Part shown: positions 9,028 through 18,541 of the stretch, piece by piece
Layout: each line of letters starts with the position of its first letter
Numbering within the stretch: the stretch's first letter is position 1
Source of the DNA: Candidatus Caldarchaeum sp.
GTDB lineage: Archaea; Thermoproteota; Nitrososphaeria_A; Caldarchaeales; Caldarchaeaceae
Direction: 5' to 3'
Length of the DNA: 64,000 nucleotides
Assembly (NCBI GenBank): GCA_038831915.1
Contig: JAWBKB010000002.1
Location: forward strand, 4,964-68,963
Position numbers and translations under genes: made by a program
Notes under the pieces: model-generated
Told to the model about the DNA's origin: nothing
Databases searched by the model: none
What the model saw: only the letters and a program-made list of their open reading frames with translations

Positions 9028-9596
9028 GGAAAAGATCAGTTGTTCCCGGCGAAGTGCTTGCCGTAGTGGAGGAATTCGTTCCGGCTGAAGGCGTTTTCAC
9101 AGACGAATTGGGTCGGCTGAAGAGCCGGTGGCTGGGCGAAGCGTTCTTCGACTTGAAAGCCAAGGAAGTGAAAGTTCAGCCAGCAAAATCAATAGTCGCA
9201 ATCAATCCTAGAGACCGAGTAGTGGCCGAAGTCAAAGATGTTCAGGAAAGAATAGCGATTGCGGAAGCATTCATCAAGCTGCCCAACATTCCACTAAAGT
9301 ATAGGAGAACTGGTGTAATCCTGGGCCGGAAGAACGACTCTCTCGAAAACATTATCGGAATTGGTGACATCGCTCTTCTAAATGTCGTCAACATCTTCAG
9401 GGGAATGGTGACGTTCGATATATATTCGCCGGGATGTGGTGTAATGTTGGCGATGTGCAGCGTATGCGGCAGTGTTCTCGAAAAGAAAGAGAATTTATTG
9501 GTCTGCGGCAAATGCGGGAACAGAGAGAGGCGAAAGACAGTGTTAAAATACGGCAACATGGAATTGCTAAAACAGTTGGCTGGTGTGGAAAAATGA
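8997..9596 (+). CDS. csl4: Exosome complex RNA-binding subunit Csl4 (S1 domain plus C-terminal Zn ribbon)
   Basis: Start METSSPAQ... chosen inside the longer ORF that begins at 8961. VVPGEVLAVVEEFVPAEG N-domain, central S1-like region, C-terminal CSVCGSVL...CGKCGN zinc ribbon. Confidence 0.7.
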   Translation: METSSPAQNLRKRSVVPGEVLAVVEEFVPAEGVFTDELGRLKSRWLGEAFFDLKAKEVKVQPAKSIVAINPRDRVVAEVKDVQERIAIAEAFIKLPNIPLKYRRTGVILGRKNDSLENIIGIGDIALLNVVNIFRGMVTFDIYSPGCGVMLAMCSVCGSVLEKKENLLVCGKCGNRERRKTVLKYGNMELLKQLAGVEK

Positions 9597-9871
9597 AAAT
9601 GAAAATCATCGAGGAAACGCAGGACTTCATGAGTATTGAGGTAGTTGACGAAGATCAGTCGATAATCAATTTGTTCGCCGAAACCCTTAACAACGTTGAC
9701 GGAGTGCTGTACGCCGGATATCGTGTTGAACATCCCTTGACAGGAAAAATGACAATTTCGATCAAGGTTGACCCGTCGAATACATCTCCGAGAAAAGCAC
9801 TGCAGCAAGGGTTACAGGAGATTCGTCGTCTAGTAGAAGCAATAGACCAGAAATTAGATGTGTTGAGGTGA
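9593..9871 (+). CDS. rpoL: DNA-directed RNA polymerase subunit L (Rpo11)
   Basis: MKMKIIEETQDFMSIEVVDEDQSIINLFAETLNNVDGVLYAGYRVEHPLTGKMTISIKV is typical of RpoL. The ATG overlaps the Csl4 stop (ATGA). Confidence 0.75.
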   Translation: MKMKIIEETQDFMSIEVVDEDQSIINLFAETLNNVDGVLYAGYRVEHPLTGKMTISIKVDPSNTSPRKALQQGLQEIRRLVEAIDQKLDVLR

Positions 9872-9876
9872 TTTGA

Positions 9877-10209
9877 ATGGAGTTTTGCCCTGAATGTGGA
9901 ACCGCCTTGAAGCCGATGAAATCTGGCTCAAAAGTTGTTCTTGGATGTAAGAAATGTGGTTACAAAAAACCTTTAGAGGGTGAGAAAGTGATTGTCAAGC
10001 AGGAGAGAGCTGCCGCGGTGGGTAAAAATGTGGCCGCGATAGTCGAATCCGAAGAAGCACCATTACCCACCACGTCGGACGTCATATGTCCCGCTTGCGG
10101 ACACAACGAAGCAAAATGGTGGACCGTTCAAACGAGGTCAGCGGACGAGCCTATGACACAGTTCTTCAGATGTGTAAAATGCGGTCACACATGGCGTGAA
10201 TACGCCTAA
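9877..10209 (+). CDS. tfs: Transcription factor S (TFS) / RNA polymerase subunit M
   Basis: 110 aa. N-terminal zinc ribbon MEFCPECGTAL...CKKCGY and C-terminal TFIIS-type ribbon CPACGH...RCVKCGHTW with acidic hairpin RSADEP. Confidence 0.85.
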   Translation: MEFCPECGTALKPMKSGSKVVLGCKKCGYKKPLEGEKVIVKQERAAAVGKNVAAIVESEEAPLPTTSDVICPACGHNEAKWWTVQTRSADEPMTQFFRCVKCGHTWREYA

Positions 10210-10913
10210 AAATGCGCAAAGCTCACCAACTTACCGAACTGATAAGGTTTAACTGATTTTAGAAATTCTTTCGAAGCCGCAACCGCAACAATACCCACGA
10301 AATCACCTTTGAATTCACTAATCTTTCCGAGCACCTCCTTAACAGGTACATATTCATCGAGAATGCCCACAGTCAGAAGCAAGTGGCTTCTCAAGACATC
10401 AACCGGAACATAAATTCTTGAAATCACCCTTGACCCCGCGTTGCGGAATTTTATTTCTTCCCATTTTCCTGTCGATGAAGTTTCGGTGTTTGACATGTAG
10501 TAAACCCGCTTCGTGGTTGAAAGCCCGAATGCGGTCGCCAGAATCAAGCCGGCTCGGTCGTAGGCAAGAATGCAGTCAATGCGGCTGCCTGCAAATTCAC
10601 GCAACATTTGAGCGGCCATGAGCTCAACCAAATAGCTTTCCGACACAACGTTCGACACATCGAGTCCATCAGAATCGGCGTGCAGCCGTTGCTGCACCAT
10701 ATGGTAAACGTTAACGATTTTCAATAACTTGTCCACAAGATCGAGCGTTCTTTTGCCGCGTGGCAATGTTTTGTTAGTTACGTATCTGGTTAGCGTCGAA
10801 ACTGGCAGCCCGGTGTGGTGGGAAAGTGTTTTGTAGTCCATAGTGTTTTTTAGAGTTTTGAGAATGTTAACAGCTAGGTAAGATGTGTAAGCATCAATTT
10901 TTTTTGTCAACAC
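10206..10913 (-). CDS. HTH plus phosphoribosyltransferase-domain transcriptional regulator (GfcR/PurR-like)
   Basis: 235 aa. N-terminal wHTH (DYKTLSHHTGLPVSTLTRYV) followed by a type-I PRTase fold motif (ILAYDRAGLILATAFG). Confidence 0.5.
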   Translation of the reverse strand: MLTKKIDAYTSYLAVNILKTLKNTMDYKTLSHHTGLPVSTLTRYVTNKTLPRGKRTLDLVDKLLKIVNVYHMVQQRLHADSDGLDVSNVVSESYLVELMAAQMLREFAGSRIDCILAYDRAGLILATAFGLSTTKRVYYMSNTETSSTGKWEEIKFRNAGSRVISRIYVPVDVLRSHLLLTVGILDEYVPVKEVLGKISEFKGDFVGIVAVAASKEFLKSVKPYQFGKLVSFAHF

Positions 10914-10991
10914 GTGCCAGGCGAGTTTTGCAACTTATAGGATTTTGTTTTCGAAAAAATTCGCGTAATACTGCGGTAAGCGACTAGCATG

Positions 10992-11007
10992 AAAGTTTTA
11001 AATAAAC
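10992..11007 (+). promoter_or_regulatory. Putative TATA box for the XDH large subunit (likely leaderless transcript)
   Basis: aaagttttaaataaac about 25 bp upstream of the ATG at 11021. Confidence 0.3.
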
Positions 11008-11020
11008 TTCACCACAATAC

Positions 11021-13228
11021 TTGTCGTTGGTTGCGAAAAAAATTTACGACGCCTATGATTCCGTTAGAGGCAGACCAATCTACACGGCTGACATAGTTCA
11101 AGCTACAGCCCTACGCGTGAAAGCCCTCCGCTCCGAATATCCTCATGCTTTGATAAGGAGAGTTGATGTTTCAGCGGCGGTAAACACGCCGGGAGTTGCC
11201 GCGGTGCTTACGGCCGGAGACATTCCAGGTCAGAACATTACTGGCGCGGTGGTTCTTGACAGGCCTCTCCTCGCAACGGGCAAAGTGAGGAGCCTCGCAG
11301 ACGCAATCGCGTTGGTCGTGGCCGATGACGAAGAAACAGCTGACAAAGCTTTGGAAAAAATCGTCGTCGAATACGAGCCGCTCGAACCAGTTTACGACCC
11401 TGTCAAAGCACTGGAACCAGACGCGCCAAAGGTTCATGAAGACGGAAACCTTCTTCGTCACTACAAGCTAAGGAAAGGAGATGTTTCAAAGGGATTCATT
11501 GAATCTGACGTTATAGTGGAGGAGGAGTTTAGAACCCAGATGCAGGAACCAGCTCCGATCGAGACAGAAGCAGCCTACTGCATGCCGGAGAAAGACGGAA
11601 GCCTAACTATTTACGGAAGCATCCAAAATCCCTTCTACGTTTTAACTGGTGTCGCGAGGATTCTCGGTTTGCCGAAGGAGAAAATCAACCTCGTGGCGAT
11701 GGCGATTGGAGGTACGTTCGGAGGAAAGTCGGATGAAGCCCCATGGGATGTTTGTGCGATGGCTGGCCTCGCGGCTTTGAAAACCGGTAAGCCAGCAGCC
11801 TGCATATATGGCCGCGACGAATCGATGATGGCTCATTCACATCGACATCCCGCCGTTATGAAGTACCGTTTGGGCGCGACCTATGACGGCGTCCTGAAGG
11901 CTATTGACGCCGACCTATACCTTGACACAGGGGCTTACGCTTCGGTAGGTCCTCTTGTGATGATGAGAGCGATAACCCATGCAGCAGGGCCTTACGTAAT
12001 CGAAAACGTCCGAATCGACAGCTACCTCGTTTACACAAACAACTTCACCGCGGGGTCTATGCGAGGGTTCGGATGTCCGCAAACTCATTTCGCAGTCGAA
12101 TCACTTATCGACATTTTAGCTCGGCGGCTTGGAATGGACCCCATCGAACTCCGCATGAAGAACATTTGGCGGAAAGGTGTTGTGACGGCGAGTGACGTCT
12201 TTTTGGAAGACAACCCCATCTACGAAGTTCTCGTCGAAAAGGTGAAGGAAAAGCTTGGATGGAACCGTAGAGTCAAAAAGCCATATGAAGGCTACGGCAT
12301 CGCGTTTGTGTTTCACGGCAATAGCCTCGGGCCCGAAGGAGAGGACAAAGCAGTGGCCACCGTGAAAATAACCGCCAAAGGAGAAGTTCACGTGATGACG
12401 TCTCTCACAGAATACGGAACCGGTTCTACGCGAGGCTTCGCGAAAATAGCGGCAGAAGCCCTCGGAGTTCCGGAAAAGCTTGTGACGATTGATTTGGTCG
12501 AAACGAAGAAAGTACCAGATTCGGGTGGAACCTTCGCATCTCGCTCAACTTTGATGGGTGGTAACGCCATTCTTCAAGCCGCAACTAAGCTAAGAGAGAA
12601 GCTGGGGATGAACGCCCGAGAGGCAGGCATAAACCTCGCCACGATGAACGTCGTGGATTTTGTGAAGGATGTTTTGAAGGAGGATGTGACGGAAACCGCT
12701 GAATTCAAGCTGCCGCTTTGCGACTACGACCACGAGACAGGGAAAGGCCGGCCCTATCTCCAATACACATATGGAGTGGTCGGGGTAAAAGTTTCGGTAG
12801 ACAAGGAGCTTGGAATCGTTCGGCTGAACAGGCTTGTCGCTGCTTTCGACGTAGGTCGAGTAATCAACAAGCCCTATCTTCTCGCTCAAATTGAAGGCGG
12901 TTTAACTCAGGGAGTGGCATATGGCCTTCTCGAGGAGTTCATCATCGGCAAAAAGCATAAAGCACTTAACCCCAACCTCGCCGATTATCTCGTTCCTACA
13001 AGCGCCGACCTGCCGCGCATAGAGATTGAAGTTGTTGAAAACCCCAGCCCATTAACACCGCTTGGCACACGAACCGCAGGCGAACCCGGCATCAACGGCC
13101 CCGCGCCAGCAATAGCCAACGCGGTGTTCGACGCTATAGGAGTTCGGATAACTTCGCTACCGATAACAGCGGAAAAAATCTACAAAGCCTTGCATGAAAG
13201 AGAGGCTATCGTCGTTGAGACGCGATGA
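11021..13228 (+). CDS. Xanthine dehydrogenase / aldehyde oxidase family molybdopterin-binding large subunit
   Basis: 735 aa. Organisation and motifs of the XDH/CoxL family (GGTFGGK, GxGxYAS, EPGING near the C-terminus). Confidence 0.85.
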   Translation: MSLVAKKIYDAYDSVRGRPIYTADIVQATALRVKALRSEYPHALIRRVDVSAAVNTPGVAAVLTAGDIPGQNITGAVVLDRPLLATGKVRSLADAIALVVADDEETADKALEKIVVEYEPLEPVYDPVKALEPDAPKVHEDGNLLRHYKLRKGDVSKGFIESDVIVEEEFRTQMQEPAPIETEAAYCMPEKDGSLTIYGSIQNPFYVLTGVARILGLPKEKINLVAMAIGGTFGGKSDEAPWDVCAMAGLAALKTGKPAACIYGRDESMMAHSHRHPAVMKYRLGATYDGVLKAIDADLYLDTGAYASVGPLVMMRAITHAAGPYVIENVRIDSYLVYTNNFTAGSMRGFGCPQTHFAVESLIDILARRLGMDPIELRMKNIWRKGVVTASDVFLEDNPIYEVLVEKVKEKLGWNRRVKKPYEGYGIAFVFHGNSLGPEGEDKAVATVKITAKGEVHVMTSLTEYGTGSTRGFAKIAAEALGVPEKLVTIDLVETKKVPDSGGTFASRSTLMGGNAILQAATKLREKLGMNAREAGINLATMNVVDFVKDVLKEDVTETAEFKLPLCDYDHETGKGRPYLQYTYGVVGVKVSVDKELGIVRLNRLVAAFDVGRVINKPYLLAQIEGGLTQGVAYGLLEEFIIGKKHKALNPNLADYLVPTSADLPRIEIEVVENPSPLTPLGTRTAGEPGINGPAPAIANAVFDAIGVRITSLPITAEKIYKALHEREAIVVETR

Positions 13229-13667
13229 CTGACAGCACCGCGTCGGTTATGCGAGTGTATCCTCCGCAGCGGCATATGTTTGCGATCAGCAGTCTCCGCA
13301 CGTTTTCCTCATCTGCGTTTGGATAGTTGTCGAGGATGTATTTGACGGTCATGACGATGCCGGGAATGCAGTAGCCACACTGAGATGCTGCGTATTCGAC
13401 CAACGCTTCCTGAATCGGGTGAAGCTTGTCGTTCTGCGATAAGCCTTCCACGGTCAGCACAGATTTATTCCTGACCTGAACAGCGAGCATTAGGCAGGAG
13501 TTAACCAACTTGCCGTCCACTATTACGTTGCAGGAGCCGCAATCGCCCGTGCTGCATCCTTCCTTCACGCTTCGAATTCCGAGACGCCAAAGAAGGTCTA
13601 TCAGCCTATCCTTACCTCTGACATCCGCAGTAACTTCAGACCCGTTCAATATGAAGCGTATTATCAT
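13206..13667 (-). CDS. XDH-family [2Fe-2S]-binding small subunit
   Basis: 153 aa. Plant-type ferredoxin CSTGDCGSCNV and second cluster CGYCIPG...CRCGGY. Confidence 0.85.
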   Translation of the reverse strand: MIIRFILNGSEVTADVRGKDRLIDLLWRLGIRSVKEGCSTGDCGSCNVIVDGKLVNSCLMLAVQVRNKSVLTVEGLSQNDKLHPIQEALVEYAASQCGYCIPGIVMTVKYILDNYPNADEENVRRLLIANICRCGGYTRITDAVLSVIASQRR

Positions 13668-14536
13668 GCGTTCGACCTCGAAACCAAAAATTCCCAGCAG
13701 TGTATGATTCCGCGAGTAAGAATGACTTTGGAGACGTGTTTGCGGAATTCGCTTGAAGCCCTGAAATCTGACGCCGGCTTAATCTTTGAGACATGTTTTT
13801 CAACAGCTGTTTTGATGATGGTTTCGGTTAGGATTTTATCGGTCAATTCGTTTTCAAGTTCGTGCAGGCGTCCCACCTTTCTGCCGTCAACCCGGTTCAG
13901 AACAGTCCGCAACTTCGAAACACGGCCATCCACTAACTTCATCGCGACAGCCGAAGTAACAACGCCAATACCGTTCGACGCCCGCTTCTCAAACTTCGTA
14001 AACCAAGAAACACTATCAGGACCCCAATCATCGAAGGCTATTTCGGTGACTATTTCGGAAGGTGAAAGCTGTGTTTCGAGTGGATTAGAGCTTCTTTTTC
14101 CGTCGGGTCCCATGATGACAACTGAGCCGTCGAGCGAAGTCAAGATGGCTGGAATATCTCTTTCACCGCCGCTGACAACGTTTCCTCCAACAGTCGCCAT
14201 GTTTCTCGTTGTTTCGGCGCCGAAATATTTGGTCAGCCACTTTATCGATAAGTAACGCTCGGGAATGACAGATGAGGTAGCAAAATCCTGAATTGTGACA
14301 AGTGCTCCAACACGGAATTGGTTGTTTTTATGAATGATGTAGTTTAGCTCGGAGAGTCCCGAAATATCTATGACTTTGATGGGCTTTATTTTTCCGCGTT
14401 TCATCATCGGCATCAAGTCAGTGCCTCCGGCGTAGAGAACAGGGCTACCATCCGTTTCTCTTAAAAACGAAATCAATTCTGTTAAAGAGGATGGTGTGAA
14501 AATTTCAAAGGAAGGAACCGCTTTCAACTCATACAT
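13664..14536 (-). CDS. XDH-family FAD-binding medium subunit (CoxM-like)
   Basis: 290 aa. LYAGGTDLMPMMKRG FAD-binding motif; 4-bp overlap with the 2Fe-2S subunit gene. Confidence 0.8.
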   Translation of the reverse strand: MYELKAVPSFEIFTPSSLTELISFLRETDGSPVLYAGGTDLMPMMKRGKIKPIKVIDISGLSELNYIIHKNNQFRVGALVTIQDFATSSVIPERYLSIKWLTKYFGAETTRNMATVGGNVVSGGERDIPAILTSLDGSVVIMGPDGKRSSNPLETQLSPSEIVTEIAFDDWGPDSVSWFTKFEKRASNGIGVVTSAVAMKLVDGRVSKLRTVLNRVDGRKVGRLHELENELTDKILTETIIKTAVEKHVSKIKPASDFRASSEFRKHVSKVILTRGIIHCWEFLVSRSNA

Positions 14537-14567
14537 CGTTATATTCCCGTGCTAATATGTTTGAACG

Positions 14568-15959
14568 TTGACGAATCCGTTGGATCTCGTGGTTAAGAAC
14601 GGAAAAATCGTTACCTTGGATGGTGTTTACGAAGCTGAAATCGGCGTTGAGGATGGAAAAATTGTCCGAATCGCGAAAAACATAGAAGAGAAAGCCGACC
14701 AAGTTTATGATGCCAGGGGAATGCTCGTTTTCCCAGGCGCTATCGACGGCCACGTTCATTTCCGGCTGAAATATTTCGACGATGTCTACACGGCCGATGA
14801 TTTTTACACCGGAACTGTCGCGGCCGCGTGCGGCGGGGTGACAGCAATCGTCGACTTCGTCACACCAGAGTCGGCTGAATATGTCGCGGAATTTCGCAAC
14901 AGGAGGGAAGAAGCTGACCCAAACGTCGTAATCGATTACGGACTGCACATGATTGTGACCCAGTTCGACGACAACATTCGAAATAATCTAGACTATCTTG
15001 TTGAGAATATGGGACTTGCGAGTGTGAAAATTTTCACAGCCTACAGTAAACGTGGTTTAATGCTTGACGATGGAAAGATTTACCAGCTGATGAAATACTG
15101 CGCCGAGAAAAATATCCTCGTATTGGTTCACGCGGAAAACGAACACATGATAAACGCATTCGTTGAGCAATTCTTAGCCGAAGGCAAGACCGAACCGATT
15201 TATCATTCATGGAGTAGGCCTGACTTCGTGGAGGCTGAGGCCATTCAACGGATTGCTTTTCTCGCAGGTTTGACCGGTGCGGAAACTTTGATTGTGCATG
15301 TTTCGTCAGCAATGGGCCTTGAGAAAATCGTGGAAGCACAAAGCCGTGGTGTAAAGATTCACGGCGAAACATGTCCGCATTATTTGATGTTTACGGAGGA
15401 TGTTTACCGTAGGTCCGACGGGGCAAAATACATCATGTCACCGCCGTTGAAGAAGGAAAAAGACCGGGAAGGAATATGGAAAGGATTGTTGGCGGGAAAG
15501 TTCTCCGTCGTAGGAAGCGACCACGCCTGCTTCAACTCATGGATAAAACTTTCTCCGAAAAAGTTCACGGATGTCCCAGGAGGAGTAGCAGGCACGGAGA
15601 TCATACCCATGCTTCTCTTCTCGGAGGGGGTGGTGAAAAGAGGAATGTCCTTAAAGCTTTTCGTCGAAGTGACGTCCTACAACCCGGCCAGAATTTATGG
15701 GCTCTCCGATGTCAAAGGCGGGATAGCAGTTGGAAAGGATGCGGACCTCTATCTCCTCGACCCCAACAGCAAAACCCGTCTTTCGAAAGAAAATCTTCAC
15801 AGCAACATCGACCACTCAATTTACGATGACGTGGAGGTTTCATGCCGGGTCGCGGCGACTTTTTCAAGGGGTGAGCTGGTGGCTGAAAACGGCTCGTTCG
15901 TCGGCAGACGTGGACGCAGCAAATATTTGTACCGTCGCCGAGGTGTTTATCCAGGTTGA
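14568..15959 (+). CDS. Dihydropyrimidinase/hydantoinase-type cyclic amidohydrolase
   Basis: 463 aa. PGAIDGHVHF metal-binding HxH motif and overall amidohydrolase (dihydropyrimidinase/allantoinase) architecture. Confidence 0.8.
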   Translation: MTNPLDLVVKNGKIVTLDGVYEAEIGVEDGKIVRIAKNIEEKADQVYDARGMLVFPGAIDGHVHFRLKYFDDVYTADDFYTGTVAAACGGVTAIVDFVTPESAEYVAEFRNRREEADPNVVIDYGLHMIVTQFDDNIRNNLDYLVENMGLASVKIFTAYSKRGLMLDDGKIYQLMKYCAEKNILVLVHAENEHMINAFVEQFLAEGKTEPIYHSWSRPDFVEAEAIQRIAFLAGLTGAETLIVHVSSAMGLEKIVEAQSRGVKIHGETCPHYLMFTEDVYRRSDGAKYIMSPPLKKEKDREGIWKGLLAGKFSVVGSDHACFNSWIKLSPKKFTDVPGGVAGTEIIPMLLFSEGVVKRGMSLKLFVEVTSYNPARIYGLSDVKGGIAVGKDADLYLLDPNSKTRLSKENLHSNIDHSIYDDVEVSCRVAATFSRGELVAENGSFVGRRGRSKYLYRRRGVYPG

Positions 15960-16798
15960 GAAGACGACCCGCCGTGGCAGGACTTTTTTACGAAGGCTCC
16001 CGAAACGCTCTCCTCAAACAAATAGAGGATTGTTTTCTCTCTCGTCACGGGCCTGGAATGCTTCCGGAGAGGAAATGGGGTGCACGTCGTGTTCCAGCTC
16101 TCATATGTCCACACGCAGGTTACATGTATTCAGGGCCCGTGGCCGCCCATGCATACAAATTCCTTGACAAATACAGCAAGCCAGAATCGGTCATCATCTT
16201 CGGGCCTAACCACTACGGCATCGGAACAATCGTTTCAATCTACCCCTCCGGGTACTGGACAACACCGCTCGGAGACGCTGAGATCGACGCCAAGCTGGCC
16301 GAAGAAATCGCACAAACGCGGGAAATCTTCTTCCTCGACGAAAAAAGCCACAGCCGCGAACATTCCATAGAAGTCCAAATCCCATTCCTCCAATATCTTT
16401 ACGGAGAGTTCAAGTTAGTTCCTATATGCATCAACGACCAAAGCCTCGAAACATGCGTCGAAATAGGGGAAGCCGTGGCCGAAGTAGTGAACAAAAGAAA
16501 CATTCTGATGATTGCTTCAACCGATTTCACTCACTACGAACCACATGAGACAGTTCTGAAAAAAGACCGATATGCTTTGGAGACGATTGAGAGGTTCGAC
16601 GTAATGGGTCTTTACAGAGTTTTGGAAAAACACAACATAACGATGTGCGGCTATGGAGCGGTGGCGGCGCTTCTTTCAGCGGTCAAAAAACTCGGAGCCT
16701 CGAAGGCAACGGTGCTAAAACAGTCAACGAGCGGCGAAACAAGCGGTGACTATGACTCAGTGGTAGGGTACGCCTCATGTGTCATTGGGTTTGAATGA
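15956..16798 (+). CDS. MEMO1-family protein (AmmeMemoRadiSam system protein B-like)
   Basis: 280 aa. RRPAVAGLFYEG...CPHAGYMYSG...EHSIEVQIPFLQY is characteristic of the Memo family. Confidence 0.75.
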   Translation: MRRRPAVAGLFYEGSRNALLKQIEDCFLSRHGPGMLPERKWGARRVPALICPHAGYMYSGPVAAHAYKFLDKYSKPESVIIFGPNHYGIGTIVSIYPSGYWTTPLGDAEIDAKLAEEIAQTREIFFLDEKSHSREHSIEVQIPFLQYLYGEFKLVPICINDQSLETCVEIGEAVAEVVNKRNILMIASTDFTHYEPHETVLKKDRYALETIERFDVMGLYRVLEKHNITMCGYGAVAALLSAVKKLGASKATVLKQSTSGETSGDYDSVVGYASCVIGFE

Positions 16799-16799
16799 G

Positions 16800-17756
16800 A
16801 TGAAAACTGTGGTCTCGGCCTCGGCTCCGGGTAAAGTCATTCTATTTGGCGAACATTTTGTTGTTTCCGGATTCCCAGCAATAGTGACAGCGATAGACAA
16901 ACGCGTTCGTGTAACGTTTTCACAGAGCTTGGAAAGAAAATTCATCATTGTTTCGGGACAGGCGTATTCTGCGTGGAATGTAAACGCCGAGCCTCTAAGC
17001 CAACGACCTTCGCTTTTCCAGCCGCTTTATAACATGGTGAAAAAATTAAGTGATGACTTCGGGTTCAAATGCGTAGGCAAAGTTGAAATCTTCTCCGAAA
17101 TAACGGGTGCCGCTGGACTCGGTTCATCCGCCGCCGTATCAGTAGCGTTGACCAAAGCGGTCTCCGACATGTATGAACTAAACCTAACACCTGAACAGGT
17201 CATACAATATGCGATGGTGGCGGAGAAAGAGTTTCATGGAAGACCATCGGGAATAGACACGACTATTGCCACCGTGGGTGGAACAATAGCTTACCACAGC
17301 CCCGGGAACTATAGACAAATCAATGTACCAGCCAACCCTGAAGTCATCATAGTTTTCAGCGGTAAGAAACGAAAAACATCAAAAATGGTGGAACACGTCC
17401 AGCAAACAGCTAAAGCGAAGCCTGCCTTCTTCAACGCATTAGCTAACATTTATTCGCGAGTTTACTGCGAGGCCGTTGACGCGATGACCTCGACCAACTT
17501 TGAAAAACTAGGTCGTCTTTTTCTGCTAAATCATTTTCTTCTCCGTTGTCTTGGGTTGTCAAACGAAGGTCTCGAAAAAATTGTCGAAGATCTTTTGAGC
17601 TTCGGCGCGTTTGGCGCAAAGGTCACCGGTGGTGGAGGGGGAGGCTGCGTCATCGGCTTGGGGGGAGAGAAATCATCAGCGATTTTGGCGGGTTTGTCTA
17701 CCGTTTATCCGAAGGTTTGGCTAAGTCAAACAGGTTGCAGAGGGGTTGGTGAATAA
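16800..17756 (+). CDS. mvk: Mevalonate kinase (GHMP kinase)
   Basis: SAPGKVILFGEHFVV N-terminal motif and GHMP ATP-binding GAGLGSSAA. Alternative upstream ATG at 16779. Confidence 0.85.
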   Translation: MKTVVSASAPGKVILFGEHFVVSGFPAIVTAIDKRVRVTFSQSLERKFIIVSGQAYSAWNVNAEPLSQRPSLFQPLYNMVKKLSDDFGFKCVGKVEIFSEITGAAGLGSSAAVSVALTKAVSDMYELNLTPEQVIQYAMVAEKEFHGRPSGIDTTIATVGGTIAYHSPGNYRQINVPANPEVIIVFSGKKRKTSKMVEHVQQTAKAKPAFFNALANIYSRVYCEAVDAMTSTNFEKLGRLFLLNHFLLRCLGLSNEGLEKIVEDLLSFGAFGAKVTGGGGGGCVIGLGGEKSSAILAGLSTVYPKVWLSQTGCRGVGE

Positions 17757-18540
17757 CTTGGCCGGACTCGTAATTCTCAAGATCGGAGGTTCAGTGATCA
17801 CAGATAAGAAAAGAAGCAAAAGCTTCCGCAGTGACGTGATGGAGCGTATATCCAGGGAGGTAGCACGTTGCTGGCCAACCCCATTGGTAATCATTCATGG
17901 TGCAGGGTCTTACGGGCATCCTTGGGCCAAGCAGTACAACTTGGACCAAGGATTCAAGGAGCAGAGACAGCTCGAAGGATTCGTCAAAACAGTTCAGCTG
18001 GTGAAGGAGCTGAACCAAATGGTGGTTCACTCCTTGATAGAGACTGGCATAGGCTCCGTTGGAATTCCCGCGTCCAACCTGTTTATCACGAGGAAAGGTG
18101 TAATTGAGACAGCTCATTTGGACTTGATTTTTTCCGCACTGGACCTCGGAATCATTCCGGTCACTTGCGGCGATGCTGTGTTCGACCGCGAGCTGAAATT
18201 CACAGTTCTTTCAGGCGATCAAATCGCAGTCCATCTCGCCAAATCACTCAAGGCAGCGAAGCTTGTGTATGCTTCGGATGTCGAAGGGGTCTATGAAGTA
18301 GACCGCTCAACTGGAGAGAAAAAGTTAATCGAAAGGCTTGACTATCGAAAACATTTGACGATCTACTATGGTGACGTTGAGGGAGATGACGTGACAGGTG
18401 GAATGTTTTACAAAGTTGACACAGCTTTCGAAGCTGTTAAAGCAGGTGTCAAAGTTTACGTGGTCAATGGCTTAGCAGAAGGGAGAATCGAAGCAACTAT
18501 CAAAGGTAAACCAGTCACCGGAACCATGTTGGTGCCATGA
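17746..18540 (+). CDS. ipk: Isopentenyl phosphate kinase (amino-acid-kinase family)
   Basis: 264 aa. LVILKIGGSVITDK and IIHGAGSYGH motifs of archaeal IPK; located between mvk and idi. Confidence 0.8.
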   Translation: MVNNLAGLVILKIGGSVITDKKRSKSFRSDVMERISREVARCWPTPLVIIHGAGSYGHPWAKQYNLDQGFKEQRQLEGFVKTVQLVKELNQMVVHSLIETGIGSVGIPASNLFITRKGVIETAHLDLIFSALDLGIIPVTCGDAVFDRELKFTVLSGDQIAVHLAKSLKAAKLVYASDVEGVYEVDRSTGEKKLIERLDYRKHLTIYYGDVEGDDVTGGMFYKVDTAFEAVKAGVKVYVVNGLAEGRIEATIKGKPVTGTMLVP

Positions 18541-18541
18541 G

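Noticed and set aside
9434-9871. Long form (145 aa) of the ORF containing RpoL
   Set aside because: The N-terminal 53 codons overlap csl4 in another frame and have no similarity to RpoL. The conserved RpoL sequence begins at MKMKII (9593), which overlaps the csl4 stop as ATGA.
13704-14255. 183-aa plus-strand ORF
   Set aside because: Antisense to the well-supported FAD-binding XDH subunit gene. Serine-rich, no motifs.
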